Assembly: GCF_028641065.1 (NCBI RefSeq)
Contig: NC_073379.1
Span: 62,806,001 to 62,870,000 of the forward strand
Origin: Leucoraja erinacea
Lineage: Eukaryota
DNA: 64,000 bases
Direction of reading: 5' to 3'
Shown piece after piece: positions 52,501 to 61,500 of the stretch (the first letter of the stretch is position 1; the number at the start of each line of letters is the position of its first letter). The position numbers were made by a program, and so were the translations under genes. Under the pieces are notes generated by a model. That model was not told where the DNA came from. It searched no databases and saw only the letters and a program-made list of their open reading frames with translations.

Positions 52501-55500
52501 AGTATTGTGTGCAGTTTTGGTCCCCTAACTTGAGGAAGGACATTCTTGTTATTGAGGGAGTGCAGCGTAGATTTACAAGGTTAATTCCCGGGATGGTGGG
52601 CCTATCATATGCTGAGAGAATGGAGCAGCTGGGCTTGTACACTCTGGAGTTTAGAAGGATGAGAGGGGTTCTCATTGAAACATGTAAGATTGTTATGGGC
52701 TTGGACACACTAGAGGCAGGAAACATGTTCCCGATGTTGGGGGAGTCCAGAACTAGGGGCCACAGTTAAAGAATAAGGAGTAAGCCATGTAGAACAGAGA
52801 TGAGGAAACACTTTTTCTCACAGAGAGTGGTTAGTCTGTGGAATTCTCTGTCTCAGAGGGCGGTGGAGGCAGGTTCTCTGGATGCTTTCAAGAGAGTGCT
52901 AGATAGGGCTCTTAAAAATAGCGAAGTCAGGGGATATGGGGAGAAGGCAGGAACGGGGTACTGATTGGGGATGATCAGCCATGATCACATTGAATGGCGG
53001 TGCTGGCTCGAAGGGCTGAATGGCCTACTTCTGCACCTAATGTCTATAGTCTATTTAACAGTTTACCTGCTTTAATTCTTCATTTAACATTTATTTACAT
53101 ATTTTGGATTGCATTTTTCGAATTTAAATTTTAAATTTCTTGTGCAAGGAAGAATAATACATTTTTATTTGCAACGTGTAACTGGGTAATAATCTGAGGA
53201 AATGATGAAGACCCTCCTGAAGGCTCAGTTGCGCCCCACTTTATTTAGAGCAGTAAAATTCTATGTTCAATTCCCAGTTTCTGTTAAGATAGTTATCTTT
53301 CAAGATGATGGTGAGCATGTGGAGATGGTGGTAGATCATCATAATTTACCTCTGATGCCTTGTTAAAGGTAGAATCAATGGCTTTCATTGGATTTAGATA
53401 TCTGTGGAGTTACAGCGCCCTCCATAATCTTTGGGACAAAGACCCATCATTTATTTATTTGCCTCTGTATTCTGCAATTTGAGATTTGTAATAGAAAAAA
53501 ATCGTATGTAGTTAAAGTGCACATTGTCAGATTTTATTAAAGGCCATTTTTACACATTTTGGTTTCACCATTGTCCCGTTCAACTCCCCTACCTCCCCCG
53601 CCCCCTCCCCCCAAGAGTGTTTCTGATCTGTCGGATAGGTGTTTGGGGATTTTTCTTTGTTATAGAGAGAATTCTTCTGTCATCCGCAGCGGAGGTCTTC
53701 CTTGGCCTGCCAGCCCCTCCGCGATTAGTAAGCACACCAGTGCTCTCTTTCCTCTTAATGATGTTCTAAACAGTTGATTTTGGTTGGTAGGCCTAAGGTT
53801 TGGCTGGTGTATCTAAAAGTTTTATTCTTGTTTCTCAGTCTCATAATGGCTTCTTTGACTTTAATTGGCACAACTTTGGTCTTCATGTTGATAAACAGCA
53901 ATAAAAGTCGCCAAAGGTGATGGACTAGGTGCTGCGGGCAATCTTATTAAGGAGGCAATTAAACACACCTCAGCAATTACAAACACCTGTGAAGCCATGT
54001 ATCCCAAACATTATGGTGCCCTGAAATGGGGGGACTATGTATAAACACAGCTGTAATTTCTACATGGTGAAATAAATGATGGGTCTTTGTCCCAAACATT
54101 ATGGAGGGCACTGTGCATGTATGGGAATGTCTGGCAGCAACTCTTGATGAAATGCCTATTATCTTGTTTCAGTGTGGCCACTTGGGGTCATTGGCGATGC
54201 CATTCACATCATAGTGAATTCAGAAGGGGGGGCGAGGGGATCAAGAAGGTAGAATAATGTAGAACTGGAATAAAATCATATCACAAAATCTTGGGGGTGG
54301 GGGTTATGATTAATTAAATTGATCACTGATCAAAGTTGATTTACTGTTCTTTATAAAATGTTGCTTTCCCCCCCCTCAGGATAGAAAGGTTATCGTGAAA
54401 ACAATGAAGACCTTCATTGAGAAGACTGCTACTGTAAGATGTGAATCTATTTGACTTTATAAGCCAAGAGTTCAAACCTTTTTTTAAATTTAGTTTCAAA
54501 TTTTGAGGTGAAGTAGGAAAAAGTAAACATTGGTCAATTGCAGGATGATATCTTTATTACCCGTTATTTTATCAAAAATTACCCCATTGGTAATTAACTG
54601 TCTGAAATGTTAAATATTAAATAATAATGGGCCATATTTGTTTGTTGTGCTGAAAAATACTGGAAGATATAGTTTGCCTCTTATCTGTGAGAGATTAAGC
54701 ATGACAGATCCTTGCCAATACTAATTTAAAATTAGTTGCCAAGATTGAGTATGAGAATCTGCTAAAATAATTTTCTACCCATGAGAATTTTCGCCCTCTT
54801 TGTTGTAGATTGAAAATATAGAATATGAGAAATTTTAACTCTAGATTTCAGGTCTTTTACTATTACAAGGCAAATAATATTTCATTCTGCCCTGCATTTT
54901 TATTTTTACTGCTTTTGTGGTAATTTTAGGGTTTGTTTTTAAGCATTAATATTTATTAGAGTACTAATTGGGTTACTCTTTCGGTGTTATTACAAATGGT
55001 GAGTCGAGTTAAGGAATTAACACATGCTTGAGGTGGGGTTGCAATTTTTATTAGCTTTTGTTTTGAGTTCTTGGCTTAAATCCAAATATATAATTTTGTA
55101 ATTAATGTCAAAGTGGTTTGGAAGTAGATAATTATACATGTTATTAACTTCTGAAAATCTGGTCTACCATGCTGTTTTAAATTGCTTTACAGGGTGAATT
55201 CTCACATTTGGTTCTCACAGCGGCATTTGACTGTATAGATGACACAAAACTAGTAAAACAAATAATACTGTCGGTAAGTACTTGAATTTATTTCTGTGTG
55301 GGATAGAAATACGTTTTTTTAAATGCATCTCCCTTTGTAGAGGAAGAAAACCTTGTGTATTGATTTCATTTATCTTGGTGGAAATGAGACCTTCAGATAG
55401 AATTCAGTCTCACTATGGTCACATCGAAAAAGCAATTTGTAGCGAGTACCATGAGGCCACATGGAATTTGGAGGAACAGCAACTCATATTTTGCTTGGGT

Positions 55501-58500
55501 AGCTTACACCCAGTGATATGAACATTGAATTGTCTAATTTTAAGTAATTTATACCTATACTTCCCTCCCCTACCCTTTTTGCCCATTCCTCCACCCTACT
55601 CGTTTAACCACATTTAACCACTTGAGATCACACCTTTTCTAGCCAACAATGGGCCTACCAGGACCCCACGCTGCCCAACCTAATCGGTCCTGGTCTTTTC
55701 TCACCTCCGGCTCTTCACCCTCCCAACCCCTACTTTCCATCTGAAGAAGGATCCCGACCTGAACTGTCACCTATTTACCTCCAGAAATGCTGCCTGACCC
55801 GCTGAGTTGCTCCACACTTTGTGTCCACCATTTACAACTAGATTGCTTCCATTCCAACTGCTTGATTGCCAGTAGGTTGACTTCAAAATGTGCAGCTGCC
55901 CAACCAGAGGAATTTCTACCATATTAGTATTAGATTAGATTAATATTAGATTCCTTTATTGTCATTCAGACCTTTCGGTCTGAACGAAATTATGTTGCCT
56001 GCAGTCATACACAGAACGAATAAAAACAAAACATACAATAAACACAAATTAAACATCCACCACAGTGAGTTCACCAAGCACATCCTCACTGTGATGGAGG
56101 CAAAGTCTTAGTCTCCATCTCTTCCCTCCTTGTTCTCCCTCTGCGCTGAGGCGATCGATCCAGGCCGGAGATGCCGCCCTCCAGTCCAGCGGACCTCCGT
56201 GGTGATGTCGCTGCCGCCGAAAGCCGGAACGCCGTCTACGCTTTGAAAATATTTGAAAAATATATATACAGTAGATAATCTGCACACATTGAGGCAATGT
56301 AGCCCATCTTGTTTGTGCTGATGGAAGTAGTAGTTCCCAACCTCTTCCTCCTTTTAGCACTGGATCCATATGGTTTATGGCTCTCCAAGTGCACATTGTT
56401 ATACTTCTAAAATGTGATGAGGGTTTCTGCCACCATTACCCTTTCAGGCAGTGAATTCCAGACCCCTGTCACATTGTGGGTTAAAAACATTATCCTTGTC
56501 TCTCCATGGAACTAGTGTAGATGGGACATGTTGGCTGGCGAGGGCTAGTTGCGCCAAAGGGTTTGTTTCCATTCTGTATGTCTTTATGATTATCCACGAA
56601 TTACTTTAAACACCTAATCTGTTTTTGATTCCTCAGCCAAGGGAATTACATGCTTCCTACCTATTCTACCCATTCTACTTAATGCCTTAATACTTCTGGA
56701 AGATTTATGGAGGTCTATGGCAAAATGTCTTTAAAAACAGCTTTCAATGTAAAAGTCTTTGAATTTGTCCAAATTGACTGATTTAGACCTCCTTTCTGTC
56801 TTTCGATCATTAAATACTTGTGGGAATTTGCTGCACGTCAATGAGAACCATCAACATTTCAATATTTTGGTTGAAATACCCTTTCATGACATCTAAACGT
56901 GCCTGTTTTCTAGTGGGAGCATCATTGGGAACAAGGGATCTGGTAGTCACAGTCACCCAATTCACCGTCAACCCAGTCTTATATCTTGCAAAACACTACT
57001 AAATTAATTAGCTGCTGATTTCACGAAAACGTAATTCCAAATCTGTTAATGTCCCTGGGCTGTACTTTAAGGCACCATTTCATATTTATGGAGCAGTTTG
57101 GGAGCTATCAGCAGTGAATCTAGTGTGACATATTGTAAACAGGAAAAATATAAAATGAAGGATAAATTAAACGGGATGACTGAAATAATGCAGCAATTTA
57201 GTGACTAGGTTTGTTTTCTGTTACATTGTTTAAATGTAATGCTTGCAATATAAATCTGAATCATTTAGTGCCATTTGGTGTCCTAAAACTGTCAATTTAC
57301 AGGAGATCGTCAGTTCCTTGCCTAACCTGATCAACAATAAATATGGCAAGAAGGTGCTGCTTTATCTGCTAAGCCCAAGGGACCCTGCACATAGCGTGCC
57401 AGAAATTATCAAGCTTCTACAACAAGGAGATGGCAATGTTCACAGGTTAGAAATATTTACATATTTAAATGACAGCACCTACTGTGACGTGGAAACCTTT
57501 TTGATCTGTTGTTTTTAAATGAAAACATAAGAAGCATTCCTGGAGAACATGAATAAGACCCTTTTTCAGATTGATTGTGGGTGAGAGGAAAAAAAGCTAG
57601 AAGTGTCAACATCTGCAGTTCCTTGTTTCGACAATCAAAATCTAGGGTTTAGATTTATTGGAAAGTTGTGAGAGTGAATGAGCAGCTCAAAATGTAAGCA
57701 AGCGCAAGATCAGGGAGTCATACAGCACAATGCTGGCCTTTCAGCTAACCAAGATTGCACTGGCCATCACACACCCATTTACATTAATCCCACTCTCTCT
57801 ACCACCATCATCAATAGACTGTGCATGTAAGGAGGGGGTGAAGGCAAAGAGGTCAGGTGTGGGAAAGATAGTAACTAAGGCTGGACATGATGAATGGTGG
57901 ATATAAAGGGGGCAAATAGTGCAATCTGGTTAAAAAGGAAGACGGGAAGTGAAATATAGAACCAAAGACAGGGATGGTAGGTAGTAGGGTACAGCGGAGA
58001 GGAGAGGAAAAAGATGGGGAACCTGGAGGTGGGTGATGAGCTGCTAGAAGAGGGCAACGGAATTGAGTGATGAGGCAGGGAAAAGTTGAATGTAAAGTGT
58101 GCGCAGAGACATGCTGGGCAGATAAGGAGACGGAAAGGTGGGGGGGGGGTATCCGAAATTGGAGAGAATTCAGTGATCATGTCATTGGGTTGCCGACTAT
58201 CCGAGCAGAGTATGAGATGCTGTTCTTCCAGTTTGCGTGTTGCTACACTCTGACAGTGGAAGAAGCTGAGAGAAACAAGGTTGGGAGGGGAATTAAAATG
58301 GCTCATAACTGGGAGCTCCGCCTGACTGGCTGACAGATAATCGTAATGGGCAGATTCATATTCGCTGCTTCAGTTCTTCAAAACATTTTTTCCCTATTTT
58401 CTGTAAATGTAATTTAAAAGAGAGGTCAATGAGACTGTCTGAATAATCTGTAATTGAGTATGAAATATGAAAAATAAGAGAGAGGGAGAGAGAGAGAGAG

Positions 58501-61500
58501 GTGTATGCTAGAGTTAATTAAATGTTCTGTAACTTGCTGTTTGATGCCTTTAAAATGTTTTGTAACAAAGTAGTCACTCTTTTATCATACAAGTAAGAAA
58601 GATACAAACATTCGTCATCGTGAGCTGCTGGAGGCCATCTCGCCACATTTGCTGCAATATTTGCAGGAGAATGCTCGTGAAATGGTGATGAACAAAGCAA
58701 CAAGTGTCATTGTGGCGGATATTCTTGGCTGTGCCATTGGTGACGTGCAGCCTTCCATGAATGCTATAGCTAATGTCGCTACGGAATCATTTGAACCTGG
58801 AGGCAGCAATGGTGAGGTACGGTACAAATATGCAACATTTGTTTCTAACTTCAGTGTGTGTGGAAACAAGCATTCAATGTGTAGAGTCATTGGGGCTGTA
58901 GTGTTTTCCCCAAAGAATAATAAGAGAGTCACAAAATGCTGGGGGAACTCAGCGGGTCAGACAGCTCTGGAGAGAAGGAATGGGTGATGTTTCGGGTCGA
59001 GACCCTTCCGATTCTAATTTGTGACGTTTCAAGATCAATTGATGCACCTTAAAGGACCTTAGAGCTGTTCTATATCTTATGAAGGATATTTTAACTGGTA
59101 ATGCAGTTATTGCTTTTCAATGTTAGAGAGAGATAATTGCTTTTTAACCTTGAGTAAATTTCACATTTGTTCTGCCATTAATCTTTTTACAATGCTCAAT
59201 CAAGTGCAGCAAAACTCTTTTCATGCAATGAGCAATGGATTAAATGATCAAAATTGCACTGACAACCAAAAGATTGTTCTTCCATTTTTTTCTGTCTAAA
59301 ATAACGGAATACTTTTCAAAATAGTGCCCAGAATAATTCCTGTGTAATTATTTAGCAGATTATGTTTTTAGATAGAGTGGATCATTGAGATTCATTTCCC
59401 TTTTAAGAAATAATTGCACTATATGTGGATCATGTCATATAAGGCATTTAAAGGAGACACACGGCTGCAGATGCTGCAATCTGTAACAAAAAATAAATTG
59501 GAAGGACACAGCGGATTGAATGGGGGTGGGAAAAGAGTCATCAATGTTTCTGGTTGAGGTCCTGCTACTGGGTCTCGATCTTAAACAGTGACCTTTCCCA
59601 CCTACAGATGTTACTTGACCTGCTGAGTTCCTCCAGCAGTTTGCTTTTTGCACTGCTTTTAAAAGCTTCTGATTGGCAAATGCATTTAGCTGATTAAGCA
59701 GCTGGTTTCATTTAATGTGAATTATGCAAATGACCTTGGAGTCCACACTCATCACTTGTGATAGCCTAATTGATTCTTGCCTATTAGTATTGTAGTAAAT
59801 TTATGTTTGATGGGGGTAAACTAGGCCTGATAAATGATACTACTAATGAACTACAAGTTGTCAAGAGTTTGAGTACAATTGAAAAGATTACTTAATGGGG
59901 CATGGCATACTTTATTCTTGTGTTGGCATTTGTCAACAGTTCCAAGATAATTATAATGGCCGGTTATTCCAATACTATTTTAAAAGTTCATGCCCTTGGT
60001 TCAAATGTTAAATATCTCTTTTATCACTTTTCAATTCATGGTTATAGTTGAAAACTGTTAGTGTCTAGGAAGATTGTTAATTGGCATACTGAAATATGAC
60101 TGGTTTCCCTTTTTGTCATTTTTAGCTCCACATGGCAGAGCACCCAGCAGGCCACCTGGTTCTTAAATGGTTAATAGAGCAGGATGTAAAAATGAAAGAA
60201 CTTGGAAAGACAGGTAGGGGAAATCACATTGATTTTAATGTATGCTGTCTGGAACTTGTTGAATCATTTTTGCACCAAACTGAAATGTTATTATTTTGGA
60301 CAGTTCATTTTCCCATTGAAAACATTTTGGATGGTGACAGATGGGAAAGGGCATTTCAAAGGATTTGTCTATAACCTTGAAGCAAGAGAGAAATTAAGTG
60401 GTAGCTATGTTCCTTCTGATCCTGTTTTACTACATATGTTGCCATCAGCTTATGTAATGAAGCTGTTTTTATTTCCTCTGTTCGCAATGTGTATCCCACA
60501 ACAAATGAACTCCTGCATTCCAGCCCGAGAAAGTGAAATTAACTTTAAAGCTATACAGCATTTATTTTTCAATGTAACACAGCTCAGTTGCAGCTATTGG
60601 GGTTTTGCCAATATAAACCACAATTCCCCAACTGCTGCATGAAGTCCAACTCCCTTAACTTATCAAGAATCCAGTACTTCCATACCCCTGAAATGTATTA
60701 ATGTTCCTTCATTTTCATGAGGTTAAAATTCCTGAAACTTCCCATCTTCATCAGAACATCTGCATGAATTCAATAAGGCAGCTTACTGCTACTTTATTTA
60801 AGGGCATTTAGGGATGGTTAACAAATGCTGGCCATGCACGTGGCATACTAATCCCATAAATTGTTAAAGGAAATCCTAATAAAACATGGGTTTGGTCAAA
60901 TGATCCCAAAATACTTCTAAAACATGTATGACAGTATATTAGAGAAATATTTAGTTTGGCCAATTCAGTCCAAGATTTTGTTTAATGTCTGTCTTAATGC
61001 CTATCCATTCTTGTCTAAATTAAGATGGTGTGAATATGGTGCATGTGTGTGATTACTCAGTACCAAGAAAAAGTTGGTAACATATGAGCATAACGGAATA
61101 CTATTTTGTAACATTAGCTGCTGCAGTATTGGATATTTTGCCTTCATTTTGAATGTTTGATTAATCTTAGGATTGCATTGTATTTACAGTTGTAATAGAC
61201 TGAGTCGTACAACACAGAAACAAGCTCATTTTTGGCTCAACTCATCCATACCTGCCATATTGCCCCTTCTTTGCTAATCCCATTAGGCCCTTTATGCCTT
61301 TTTATCCACGTACTGCCCAAATGTATTTTAAAAGGAGAGATATGGGAGGGTGGGGGGCATCGTAGACAGCTTGGACAAGGAACCGGGCACGCTGGAGGTC
61401 TCTGCCTGCATGATGTTTGACCAGGTAATCCTGCACTGCGGCATGCTCTCCCACCTCGTCCACGCTCCCTGCTACCTGAACCCCACCGTCCTGCTCACAT

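Noticed and set aside
51882-52769. 295-aa RT ORF as a functional gene
   Set aside because: A 5'-truncated CR1 copy lacking the endonuclease and the RT N-terminus, frameshifted at the 3' end.
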